Origin: Nemertoderma westbladi
Taxonomy: Eukaryota; Animalia; Xenacoelomorpha
Direction: 5' to 3'
Assembly (NCBI GenBank): GCA_032718475.1
Contig: JAUCBJ010002613.1
Location: forward strand, 1-53,120
DNA length: 53,120 nt
A model generated the notes under the pieces. The model did not search any database. It worked only from the letters and a program-made list of their open reading frames with translations, and had not been told where the DNA came from. This document shows positions 14,101 to 26,283 of this stretch, in pieces. Position 1 is the first letter of the stretch. Each line of letters starts with the position of its first letter. The translations under genes were made by a program, and so were the position numbers.

Positions 14101-16975
14101 ATTGTGTACCAATTCAGATATTATGTACCAAATGAGACTTTGTTTACCAAATGAGACATTGTTTACCAAATGAGACATTGTTTACCAAATGAGACATTGT
14201 GTACCATATGAGACATTGTGTACAAAATGAGACATTGTGTACCAAATGAGACATTGTGTAGCTAATGAGACATTGTGTATCAAATGAGACATTGTGTACC
14301 AAATGAGTCATTGTGTAACAAATGAGACATTGTGTACCAATTCAGATATTATGTACCAAATGAGACATTGTGTATCATATGAGACATTGTGTGCCAAATG
14401 AGACATTGTGTACCAAATGAGACATTGTGTAGCTAATGATACATTGTGTATCAAATCAGACATTGTGTACCAAATGAGTCATTGTGTGTACCAAATAAGA
14501 CATTGTGTACCAAATGAGACATTGTGGACCAAATGAAATCTGCAGAAGAATTCGAGTATATGTTATCGTATATGTGTACAAGCTGATCATTTCTACTTAG
14601 TTACTATAGATACCAATACCTATTTTTCAATTTGCGGTTTGGCTATACACAATCTATCTTTGTATTTGTATTTTATATTTAGTATATTTGTGCTTGCTGT
14701 ACTCTAGGTATATCACATATGTGTGTATTTCTATGTACGATATTAAATTAAATTAAAATCAGACATTATGTACCAAATGAGACATTGTGTACCAAATGGG
14801 AAATTGTGTACTAAATGAGACATTGTGTACTAAATGAGACATTGTGTACCAAATGAGACATTGTGTACCAAATGGGAAATTGTGTACTAAATGAGACATT
14901 GTGTACTAAATGAGACATTGTGTACCAAATGAGACGTTGTGTACCAAATGAGACATTGTGTACCAAATGGGAAATTGTGTACTAATACTAAATGAGATAT
15001 TGTGTACCAAATGAAACATTGTGTACCAAATGAGACATTGTGTATCAAATGAGACATTGTGTAGCAAATGAGACATTGTGTACCAATTCAGATATTATGT
15101 ACCAAATGAGACATTGTTTACCAAATGAGACATTGTGTACCATATGAGATATTGTGTACCAAATGAGATATTGTGTACCAAATGAGACATTGTGTACCAA
15201 TTCAGATATTATGTACCAAATGAGACATTGTTTACAAAATGAGACATTGTTTACCAAATGAGACATTGTGTACCATATGAGACATTGTGTACCAAATGAG
15301 ACATTGTGTACCGAATGAGACATTGTGTAGCTAATGAGACATTGTGTATCAAATGAGACATTGTGTACCAAATGAGTCATTGTGTAACAAATGAGACATT
15401 GTGTACCAATTGAGATATTATGTACCTAATGAGACATTGTGTACCATATGAGACATTGTGTACCAAATGAGACATTGTATACCAAATGAGACATTGTGTA
15501 GCTAATGATACATTGTGTATCAAATCAGACATTGTGTACCAAATAAGTCATTGTGTAAAGTCATTGTGTACCAAATAAGTCATTGTGTAACAAAGGAGAC
15601 ATTGTGTACCAATTCAGATATTATGTACCAAATGAGACATTGTGTACCAATGAGACATTGTGTACCAATGAGACATTGTGTACTAAATGAGACATTGTTT
15701 ACCAGATGAGACATTGTGTACCAAATGAGTCGTTGTTTACAAAAGGAGACATTGTGTACCAAATGAAACATTGTTTATCAAATGAGACATTGTGTATCAA
15801 ATGAGACATTCTGTATCAAATGAGACATTGTGTATCAAATGAGACATTCTGTATCAAATGAGACATTGTGTATCAAATGAGACATTGTGTACCAATGAGA
15901 CATTGTGTACTAAATTAGACATTGTTTACCAGATGAGACATTGTGTACCAATGAGACATTGTGTACCAATGAGACATTGTGTACTAAATGAGACATTGTT
16001 TACCAAATGAGACATTATGTACCATATGAGACATTGTGTACCAAATGAGACATTGTGTACCAATTCAGATATTATGTACCAAATGAGACATTTTTTACCA
16101 AATGATACATTGTTTACCAAATGAGACATTGTGTACCATATGAGACATTGTGTACCAAATGAGACATTGTGTACCAAATGAGACATTGTGTACCAAATGA
16201 GACATTGTGTACCAAATGAGACATTGTGTACCAATTCAGATATTATGTACTAAATGAGACATTGTTTAAAAAATGAGACATTGTGTACCAAATGAGAGAT
16301 TGTGTACCAAATGAGACATTGTGTACCAATTCAGATATTATGTACTAAATGAGACATTGTTTACAAAATGAGACATTGTGTACCAAATGAGACATTGTGT
16401 ACCAAATGAGACATTGTGTACCAAATGAGACATTGTGTACCAAATGAGACATTGTGTGCCAATTCAGATATTATGTATCAAATGAGACATTGTTTACCAA
16501 ATGAGACATTGTGTACCATATGAGACATTGTGTACCAAATGAGACATTGTGTACCAATTCAGATATTATGTACCAAATGAGACATTGTTTACCAAATGAG
16601 ACATTGTTTACCAAATGAGACATTGTGTACCATATGAGACATTGTGTACCAAATGAGACATTGTGTACCAAATGAGACATTGTGTACCAATTCAGATATT
16701 ATGTACTAAATGAGACATTGTTTACAAAATGAGACATTGTGTACCAAATGAGACATTGTGTACCATATGAGACCTTGTGTACCAAATGAGACATTGTGTA
16801 CCATATGAGACATTGTGTACCAAATGATACATTGTGTACCAAATGAGACATTATGTACCATATGAGGCATTGTGTACCAAATCAGACATTGTGTACCAAA
16901 TGAGACATTGTGTACCAAATGAGACATTGTGTACCAATTCAGATATTATGTACCAAATGAGACATTGTGTACCAT
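11130..16975. repeat. 19-bp minisatellite (consensus AAATGAGACATTGTGTACC), about 5.8 kb, with an internal 2316-bp higher-order duplication
   Basis: Direct reading. A unique ~220-bp insert at about 12223-12443 recurs at about 14539-14759, and ORF-track pairs are offset by 2316 (12729/15045, 13199/15515). Confidence 0.97.
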
Positions 16976-17642
16976 ATAGAATCAAATTTCCCATCAATAG
17001 TGGAAAAATATGCATCAATATTTGATAGTATCGATATTTTTGACAACCCTAGATGTAACGCACATATTTTTGGTGGCGAAGCGAGTTCATAAATATCTGT
17101 ATTATTCATGTCGGGATCCATCATCAATTGTAGTTTTCCTTTAACTCGAATAATTCCACATCCACATGGCTGATTTTACCTGGCGACCACTGTGGTATAA
17201 GTGCCATTCTTGGTTGGTCTATATATCCATCTGTTTGAGAGGGAAACGTTATCGAACCATAAGTGATTCAATTGTAGCAATTATAATAGTCAGTTACGTC
17301 AGGGTGTGTATAACCTGTACAATGATACAATGCTATTATTAACATATAAGTCTTACCCGATGTCAGTTGGGGTTTTCATTTATTGATTATATAATGTGAT
17401 GGCACTTCTATTAGGCTGCTCGGACCTCATACTCACATACAGCTGACGGCAGGTGTTCTGTTGTATAGCCACATTGGCTTGTTGCCTTAATCTCAAGTGG
17501 ACTTTGTATTAATTTTTCTTGGACAAGACGTCTTACTGAACATATGATGATTTATTAATTAAACAATATTATTTCGCGCGTGTCTTTATGTATATCGTAA
17601 TTATATTATACAATACAAAAATTATTATATGCATAAATTGTC

Positions 17643-17951
17643 AAAAGTTACAAATGTTTTTCTGCTTTAGGGTTACATAGTTACAAAAGTTACAAATGTT
17701 TTTCTGCTTTAGGGTTACATTGTTACAATAGTTACAAATGTTTTTCTGCTTTAGGGTTACATTGTTACAAATGTTTTTCTGGTTTAGGGTTACATTGTTA
17801 CAAAAGTTACAAATGTTTTTCTGCTTTAGGGTTACATTGTTACAAAAGTTACAAATGTTTTTCTGCTTTAGGGTTACATTGTTACAAAAGTTACAAATGT
17901 TTTTCTGCTTTAGGGTTACATTGTTACAAAAGTTACAAATGTTTTTCTGCT
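17643..17951. repeat. 42-bp tandem repeat, about 7 copies
   Basis: Unit TTACAAAAGTTACAAATGTTTTTCTGCTTTAGGGTTACATTG. Confidence 0.93.
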
Positions 17952-18182
17952 ATTGTTAAATTAACTGGTAATCGATATCATTTCCATATTACCAATTCCC
18001 GATGTTGTTATATTAAATAGCTTTTCGATTTGTTCCGATTTCACCTAACTTTTATATCCTGACGCCAAACTTTGTCCGTTTATTTTTCGGCTTCTACAAT
18101 ATTTTACTATTTCGTTTAATATTTGTCTATTTCGGTTTTTATTCCATGTTTGTGTGGTCTTACTGGTATATTTCTTGCAGAT

Positions 18183-18424
18183 GGGGGGGGGGGGGGGGGG
18201 GCATTCGACGCAATCAAATTTCATCCCTGTCCGGGTGAAAATTGTCACAAATATCAACTGATTACTCCCAAAATTATAACTGCAATCTGTTGGTTCTTGA
18301 TATTCGTTAATTGTCGTCATAGAGTAACCCGCCCCGTAACCTGCTTTGTTCCTTTAATTGATAATTTAACATTGAGACGAGATGTTAATTTGCCGAGATT
18401 GAATTTGCGTCAAGTTCCCACCCC
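18183..18424 (+). mobile_element. ~250-bp MITE-like element with G-run/C-run ends (copy 1)
   Basis: (G)n-CATTCGACGCAA ... TTGCGTCAAGTTCCC. Related copies lie at 18866-19130 and, inverted, at 49992-51137. Confidence 0.65.
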
Positions 18425-18865
18425 TGTCTCATTTTTGGAATCCTGGATCTGGGACACAATAATATATTATAAACCGTGGGTTATTGACTCCAAACATGTA
18501 GTCATTATATGGCTGGTTACCAAATACAGCAAATACCATTTTGAGTCTGGCGGACCACCATCTTGGCTAGATAGGGGGATGAAATATAATTATAATTCCA
18601 TACGGCTGTTCACACTTAGCAAATACAATTCCTAGTGTATATGATTCTGTGTAGTGCTGTAATTACAAATAATGTAGGTAATTATTCAAATATTCTAAAT
18701 TAATATTTTAGTTTAACTTCTCTATGTATCATGGACTGGTTGTTTAGTTATTAGTCGTATATCTATTTAAATAGTTTGAATTTTCATTTTATTTAATTGG
18801 CATTTGTTTGGTAGTGTTTTGTGGATCGCATGATTTAGGTCTGAAATGTAGATAAGTATGTGTGT

Positions 18866-19130
18866 GGGGGGGGGGGGGGGGGGGGTACCGTTGACCTAAT
18901 TTATCCATTTACAGGGGAGAATCGACGCAAATAAAACCTGATTACGTAATAATTAAAACTGTGACCTGTTTTATTGACTTTTGTTTATTGTTTTGGTCAG
19001 AAAAACGTGCCACTGTAAGCTGCGCCTTTCCCTTAATCGATAATTAACCTTTGAGGCGAAAGTCATTTATCGAGATGGGATTTGCGTCAAGTCCACCAGC
19101 CCCCCCCCCCCCCCCCCCCCCCCCCCACCC
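18866..19130 (+). mobile_element. ~250-bp MITE-like element with G-run/C-run ends (copy 2)
   Basis: Collinear similarity to 18183-18424 (TCGACGCAAA, TAAxCTGC...TTCC.TTAAT.GATAATT, GATTTGCGTCAAGT-(C)n). Confidence 0.65.
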
Positions 19131-19813
19131 TGACTCTAATAATAATTTTGAATTTTGTTAATTAATTAATTTCATTATTGTACATTTAATTGAAATCTTA
19201 GTTATTCGTTTACTTTAATTGTCTCAGGATTATAATTTAATGCCGCCATTTTATGAGAGAGGATTAAGTACCAATATTTTGCGGAATTTTATTTTGATGG
19301 TGCTATAGTTTTATATTGGTTGCAAAATGTCATATTCCATAAATCTTTATATTATACTATTTTTAATCTATATCTATTTAATTACAACCGCATATTAAAT
19401 ATTTTTACTATTATGAAGATGCTTGAATATGTTTACTTAATTAACTTCAATTAGCTTGACCCAATTAGCTTGACCGCAGTAGTTTTTATAAGCGAATCGG
19501 TTAAGAAATGTCTTCTAAACGCCGAAACTCGGGGAAACTCAACAAAAAGCAGCGAAAAGCGTTGTTCAATGCGACAGAATTTAACGATAAATCATTAGCG
19601 TGTTGGAGAAAGTCGGCAGTGCTGAATGTCGACGTTGAAGGTATCGGGACTGGTTGTACGTACCCTATTGTAGTTACATTACTGGCTCAGATAGAGTAAC
19701 AATTTATAGTAGAAACTTTATACAGTTGTATCTGAAGCTTTTTTATTAATCAAGTTAAAGAAATGTCTCGATAAACTTTACAACATATACAATTTTGCTT
19801 CAAGGGTTTGCAA

Positions 19814-20130
19814 CGTGGGTGTAACATAGCACACCTTGGTGTAGTTAGACCGTGGGTGTAACATAGTACACCTTGGTGTAGTTAGACCGTGGGTGTAACA
19901 TAGTACACCTTGGTGTAGTTAGACCGTGAGTGTAACATAGTACACCTTGGTGTAGTTAGACCGTGAGTGTAACATAGTACACCTTGGTGTAGTTAGACCG
20001 TGGGTGTAACATAGTACACCTTGGTGTAGTTAGACCGTGGGTGTAACATAGTACACCTTGGTGTAGTTAGACCGTGGGTGTAACATAGTACACCTTGGTG
20101 TAGTTAGACCGTGAGTGTAACATAGTACAC
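19814..20130. repeat. 37-bp tandem repeat, about 8.5 copies, with internal hairpin TACACC-TT-GGTGTA
   Basis: Unit CCGTGGGTGTAACATAGTACACCTTGGTGTAGTTAGA, head-to-tail without spacers. Confidence 0.95.
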
Positions 20131-20606
20131 GGACATAGTACACGCAACGGCGCAACAGCACAACAGCTCTATAACCAATGAACAACATTGGCGCAACAGC
20201 GCAAAAACCTAAGATTGGTTTATACATTCCACTCTAATTCCATTGGCTTGTGCATTCTGTTGCGTTCTATGGCATTCCATTTCTGTAGCGCCAATGGCGC
20301 AACAAGCAGAGAACAGGAGAAGTTAGGCCTACAAATACATGAAAATTGATCAGCTGACATGAAGTAGTCAGGCTGTCAGGCAGGGTAAATCTTTTCGACC
20401 TACGCCTAGTTTGCAACATTGGGTCATACATCACCACTTTCAGAGTTTTAACAATAACTACGCGTAGGTGCTACACGGAGGTGCTACGTATAACTACGCG
20501 TAGGTGCTACCCATAACTATGCCTATTCGACGTTTTAAGTGGCCTAGGTCTACATATTCCAAGCGGTTCAGTACTAAAATAAGACAATGCGGTGGTATGT
20601 TCAATA

Positions 20607-22886
20607 TACACGAAGTGGGGCCTTCGCGCAGCACGTGACTTAAATTTAATTTAAGTACTAATTCGAAAGTATTACTGTATTAGGATATTATTGGAATGTG
20701 GTGTGGAATGTTAGGAATGTATATGAATCAGCAGTCCGGTAGAGGTTTACATATTTAAAAGAACTGCCGAAATATAAGTTATATGAGTATTATTTGTTAT
20801 GATTTCTACCATTATATTCTTCCACGCAAAGTTCCTAGTCCTATAGGTCCAATCAAAACATTCTGTATATTGCCAATGGTTCAACGTAATCAAAGAGACG
20901 ACGCTAGACACGCACGCAGCCAATCCCAGTGAAAAATGCACGCAAATAAGTAGTCATAAGTGATAATTCTAGAAAGGCTTTTCTGCGAATGTAGGCTATT
21001 GTGTAATTCATTTCAGTACCGGTCTGCCTAACTGTCTGCACCAGGTGTCTGCACCAGGTGTCTGCACCAGGTGTCTGCACCAGGTGTCTGCACCAGGTGT
21101 CTGCACCAGGTGTCTGCACCAGGTGTCTGCACCAGGTATCTGCACCAGGTGTCTGCTTAACGTTTACACCCCAATTCCGCTTGGTTTATATCTTGATTAT
21201 CAATAAAATAGTAACGTGAAATATTTATGGAGCGTATATTTGAGAATGTTGAAATAATGCGTTTAGTAGTGTGACCAGCGTCTTGAATTTCCGCTTACCT
21301 CTAGCGGCAGACTGGAGAAATGCAGATCGACCACCTTCCTCAGAAAGACGCAGCATGTGCTCTAGTACATATGCCAATATTCACTTTAAATAAATTAATA
21401 TCAAGGAATTGGGGACAGTTATACATTTCGCCCTCTAGCGGCAGACTGGAGGACTCCAGACCGTTTACTGCCCACCAAAGACTCAGGCCGACTTCTACTA
21501 CATATCTGCTACGTTTCAGCTTGAACGGATCATAAATAACGAGATGGGAGAAAGATTTCACTTTCAAACATTTCGCCCTCTAGCGGCAGACTGAAGAACT
21601 GCACACGGATTAGCCTTCAATTCAATTCAATTCAATTCCTTCTTTCAAAGTCACAGCTAATGGTCTAGTACATATCTGCCAAATTTCAGCATAAATGGAT
21701 TAAAAGCAAAGAAATGGGAGGACATTTAACGTTTAGACATGTGGCCCTCTAGCAGGAGACTATTGCTCTGATGGTGTCTGAAAGTCTCTCAAACGTCTCA
21801 ACTTTAGCTCATATTGATACCTACAAATTTTCAACTTGGCAGCTTTAAATCCGACAAAGTTATTAGCATGTCAAAATCGTAACGACGACAACGATTTCAC
21901 TTTCACACCTTTGGCCCTCTAGCGGCAGACTGGAGAACTGCAGATGGATTCGCCTCCTTTGAAAGTCACAGCTAATGGTCTAATACATATCTGCCAAGTT
22001 TCAGCTTAAACGGATTAAAAGCAAAGAAATGGGAGGGCATTTAATGTTTAGACATGTGGCCCTCTAGCGGGAGACCATTGCACTGATGGTGTCTGAAAGT
22101 CTCTCAAAAATCTCAACTTTTGCTCATATTGATACCTACAAATTTTCAACTTGGCAGCTTTAAATCCGACAAAGTTATTAGCATGTCAAAATCGTAACGA
22201 CGACGACGACGACGACGACGACAACGACGACGACGACGACGACAACTATTTGCATAAATTGACCCACCCCCTAACAGTGTCAATTCGCTAAGGCTCCGCC
22301 AACTTCGTGGCTCGCCCCACAACCCACAACAATCAAATGCTTTCAACAGTAATGTATCCTATACCTGTATACTCTATGTAGTGGCATACGCTAAGACTAC
22401 ACGAAGTGGGGCCTTCGCGCAGCACGTGACTTAAATTTAATTTAAGTACTAATTCGAAAGTATTACTGTATTAGGATATTATTGGAATGTGGTGTGGAAT
22501 GTTAGGAATGTATATGAATCAGCAGTCCGGTAGAGGTTTACATATTTAAAAGAACTGCCGAAATATAAGTTATATGAGTATTATTTGTTATGATTTCTAC
22601 CATTATATTCTTCCACGCAAAGTTCCTAGTCCTATAGGTCCAATCAAAACATTCTGTATATTGCCAATGGTTCAACGTAATCAAAGAGACGACGCTAGAC
22701 ACGCACGCAGCCAATCCCAGTGAAAAATGCACGCAAATAAGTAGTCATAAGTGATAATTCTAGAAAGGCTTTTCTGCGAATGTAGGCTATTGTGTAATTC
22801 ATTTCAGTACCGGTCTGCCTAACTGTCTGCACCAGGTGTCTGCACCAGGTGTCTGCACCAGGTGTCTGCACCAGTTGTCTGCACCA
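20607..22886. repeat. Direct repeat pair (20607-21156 and 22398-22886, offset 1791), each ending in a 13-bp tandem array (TGTCTGCACCAGG)
   Basis: Near-identical ~430-bp blocks, with identical ORFs at 20747 and 22538. The 13-mer copy number differs (about 9 vs about 5). Confidence 0.93.
21290..22322. mobile_element. Non-autonomous element with internal ~145-170 bp tandem units, (GAC)n microsatellite and a GC-rich terminal segment (Helentron/HINE-like organisation)
   Basis: Repeated GCCCTCTAGCGGCAGACTG units, (GAC)n at about 22198-22243 and a GC-rich possible stem-loop at about 22290-22318. The classification is inferred from organisation only. Confidence 0.5.
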
Positions 22887-23236
22887 TGATTTGACGAAAC
22901 ACATGTATACATCTAATGAAATGAGGTCGCGACACAATATATATGAAGATAATGAGATACAGACAATAAGTAACATATTTAAATTCATCTTCACGAGGTG
23001 TTTCTAATGATATATATATACTTAGAAAAATTATGGTTTAGAACAATTTTAATTTATTATTATTTTTCATTCTATCTGGGCCAGCTCATTTACTTTAAAG
23101 AACTCACTTGTTCCGAATGGAGTTAGGAACTCCAGTTATTTTGTTCTGTGTGTAGTTCATAGTGACAGTGACTCTACTCAGTAAGTTAATTATTTCCGAT
23201 ATTTAGTTCTTTATTTCTCGTTTTATTTTTTTTTAG

Positions 23237-23374
23237 ATGAGGAAGATAATATTTCCATTCCTGACGCCAATGACATTCAGAACGATAACCGAATTCTAAG
23301 TGTGAAACTTGAAGATCTTACTACCTGCAATTCTATGATAATAAAACATTGGTCTGCATTACATAAAGTGTTGG
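23237..23374 (+). CDS. OSBP: OSBP-like gene, coding exon 3
   Basis: Poly-T acceptor TTTTAG|AT, 138 nt, phase 1-1. DEEDNISIPDANDIQNDNRILSVKLEDLTTCNSMIIKHWSALHKVL matches OSBP LS.K.EDL.TCN.LI.KHG.ALQR.L. Donor G|GTTAGT. Confidence 0.88.
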
Positions 23375-23452
23375 GTTAGTTTGGGGAGTTTTATACGGAG
23401 GCCCGTAGAGGTCATGAAATCCGCGTTTTTTCGCTTAGATAGATTGATGTCA

Positions 23453-24141
23453 TCTAACTCAATATATTGAGTTAGAAGACACATGCTCGCTAACTCAATA
23501 TATTGAGTTAGATGATACATGCTCGATAACTCAATATATTGAGTTAGAAGACACATGCTCGATAACTCAATATATTGAGTTAGAAGACACATGCTCGCTA
23601 ACTCAATATATTGAGTTAGATGATACATGCTCGATAACTCAATATATTGAGTTAGAGGACACATGCTCGCTAACTCAATATATTGAGTTAGATGATACAT
23701 GCTCGATAACTCAATATATTGAGTTAGAAGACACATGCTCGCTAACTCAATATATTGAGTTAGAAGACACATGCTCGCTAACTCAATATATTGAGTTAGA
23801 AGACACATGCTCGCTAACTCAATATATTGAGTTAGAAGACACATGCCCGCTAACTCAATATATTGAGTTAGAAGACACATGCTCGATAACTCAATATATT
23901 GAGTTAGAAGACACATGCTCGATAACTCAATATATTGAGTTAGAAGACACATGCTCGATAACTCAATATATTGAGTTAGAAGACACATGCTCGATAACTC
24001 AATATATTGAGTTAGAAGACACATGCTCGCTAACTCAATATATTGAGTTAGAAGACACATGCTCGATAACTCAATATATTGAGATAGAAGACACATGCTC
24101 GATAACTCAATATATTGAGATAGAAGACACATGCTCGATAA
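23453..24141. repeat. 36-bp tandem repeat, about 19 copies, each with a perfect 20-bp palindrome
   Basis: Unit TAACTCAATATATTGAGTTAGAAGACACATGCTCG(A/C); TAACTCAATA|TATTGAGTTA is self-complementary. Confidence 0.96.
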
Positions 24142-25595
24142 TAATAATAGTAAAATAAGAATAATAAAAAAAACGAGAATTTCATGTCCACTTAGGGGCT
24201 CCGTAGTTTTATCCGAAATCTATATTTTTTATTTATAAAGTTTCCGTTTGGATATTTTAAGATTGATCTGTAAACTTTCACTATGAAGACGGAGAATTGG
24301 TACTACTGGGTAGCTTCGCAAGCCATTTAGTTTAAAAAAAGTAGCACTTTTTGTGCAGTTCTATCTTCTATCTATACATTTAAATTATTTCCATGCTTTT
24401 ATGAAACTCGTGTAGAAGGATCATTAATATCTACAGCACTAGATGCCAAAGTGTAGGAAAATTCCATCGCAATACTAATGTTTTTTTCTATATTTGAGCT
24501 ATATTTAGGCGATCGTATATTTTGAGATAACCAAACTTTAGCAGATACTAAATTGGTTCTTGAACATGCAATTAATTGACCAAGTGTTATAAAACCAATA
24601 TAAACCATCATGCCCTAAAGCTTCTGAACATTTTGGTACAACTTTGATGAAAATTGCGTGAAAAAATATAATATTTAGTAGGGAGGGAATCTATAGTGTA
24701 GCACTGTAGCACTGCGAATTCAGAATTTTCATGTCGAATTCGAATTTTTGAGAGGTTAAATTCGCGAATTTGATTTATAATTTCTCGCCCTTTTTATTAT
24801 TTTGACCGATGGGAAGGTACACTTACGACTTACAAGGATTCCAAATCTGTTTATAAATCTGAAGTTCTTTTAGAATTAGTGGAAATTAGGAGTTTAAAAA
24901 TGCCACGTTTTTTTTACTCCATGAAGCTATTTAATTACAAAATGTTCTAGAAAATATTTATCTGACAGGTCAGTAAATCCAGATTAACTCGCATGTGTTA
25001 ATCACTTCCACATCATTTTGCAAGAATTCGAAATCGTGTAGAATTTAAAGATTGATAGCATTATAATTCATACATGTAATAAAATTTTAGTTAGAATTTA
25101 ATAAAATTCCACATTTCGGCTTACCATATTTAGTGGTGTGTCTTTGCGAAAAAATTGTGACAAATGTTCCAAAAATTTCTATAGCTGTGTATAAAAAATC
25201 CCAAAAGTATTTGTTCAAGGTTTTTGGAAAAAAGTCCAAAAATATGTGTAGTTTTCACATAAAATTGTGCTTGCGCTTTCGATTTTAGGTGTAATTCACT
25301 CCATTTGTTTCATTTAAAAACGACAATAGTTTATGTTGAAATAACGAATAAATTTTTTGGCAACGAGGGTTTTTGAGGTCGTGAAATCAGTTTGACTGTG
25401 TTACACATTCCCTCGTGTAGTATAGAATTGGTGTTAAACACCGTCCTATATTGAACCAGAACCAGCCAAATGATAATAAAACTAATTTAACAAGCGCGAA
25501 AACGCGCTTAAAGGTCCGCGTCTACTAACGCATGGACTGTCTCCTTAAATGGCTTACTACTACCAATCTTACTATCAAAACAAATTCACCAGAAA

Positions 25596-25659
25596 GTGGG
25601 ATTGGACTCGGTACCTAGAGATTCCAAGCCCCACGCTCTACCAACTTCGCCACTGCGAC
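25596..25659 (-). other. Degenerate tRNA-derived sequence (SINE head or tRNA pseudogene)
   Basis: The minus strand reads GTCGCAGTGGCGAAGTTGGTAGAGCGTGGGGCTTGGAATCTCTAGGTACCGAGTCCAATCCCAC, with an A-box-like TGGCGAAGTTGG, an anticodon-loop-like CTTGGAA and a degenerate B box. There is no good acceptor stem. Confidence 0.55.
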
Positions 25660-25705
25660 GTGTGAAGCCTTATAAAACTAAAACCCAACTGTAACTTAAC
25701 AACAA

Positions 25706-26283
25706 CAACGGGGTGAATACTAGAGGTCTCGCTACTCGGGGACCTACTAACGGAGTGAATACTAGAGGTCTCGCTACTCGGACCTACTAACGGAGTGAAT
25801 ACTAGAGGTCTCGCTACTCGGACCTACTAACGGAGTGAATACTAGAGGTCTCGCTACTCGGGGACCTACTAACGGAGTGAATACTAGAGGTCTCGCTACT
25901 CGCGGACCTACGAACGGAGTGAATACTAGAGGTCTCGCTACTCGGGGACCTACTAACGGAGTGAATACTAGAGGTCTCGCTACTCGGGGACCTACTAACG
26001 GAGTGAATACTAGAGGTCTCGCTACTCGGACCTACTAACGGAGTGAATACTAGAGGTCTCGCTACTCGGACCTACTAACGGAGTGAATACTAGAGGTCTC
26101 GCTACTCGGGGACCTACTAACGGAGTGAATACTAGAGGTCTCGCTACTCGCGGACCTACGAACGGAGTGAATACTAGAGGTCTCGCTACTCGGGGACCTA
26201 CTAACGGAGTGAATACTAGAGGTCTCGCTACTCGGGGACCTACTAACGGAGTGAATACTAGAGGTCTCGCTACTCGGACCTAA
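25706..26283. repeat. 40/42-bp tandem repeat, about 14 copies, each with a hairpin
   Basis: Unit AACGGAGTGAATACTAGAGGTCTCGCTACTCGGGGACCTACT; AGGTCTCG...CGGGGACCT can pair. Confidence 0.95.

Noticed and set aside
11131-17025. Many His/Cys-rich short ORFs (also 50153-51060, 23359-24132, 49408-49770)
   Set aside because: They are translations of minisatellites, with periodicity equal to the DNA unit.
25596-25659. Functional tRNA-Pro gene
   Set aside because: The T-loop/B box is degenerate and there is no paired acceptor stem, so it is treated as tRNA-derived repeat sequence.
19814-26283. 36-42 bp palindromic repeats as CRISPR arrays
   Set aside because: Units are head-to-tail with no unique spacers, there are no cas genes, and the context is a eukaryotic intron.
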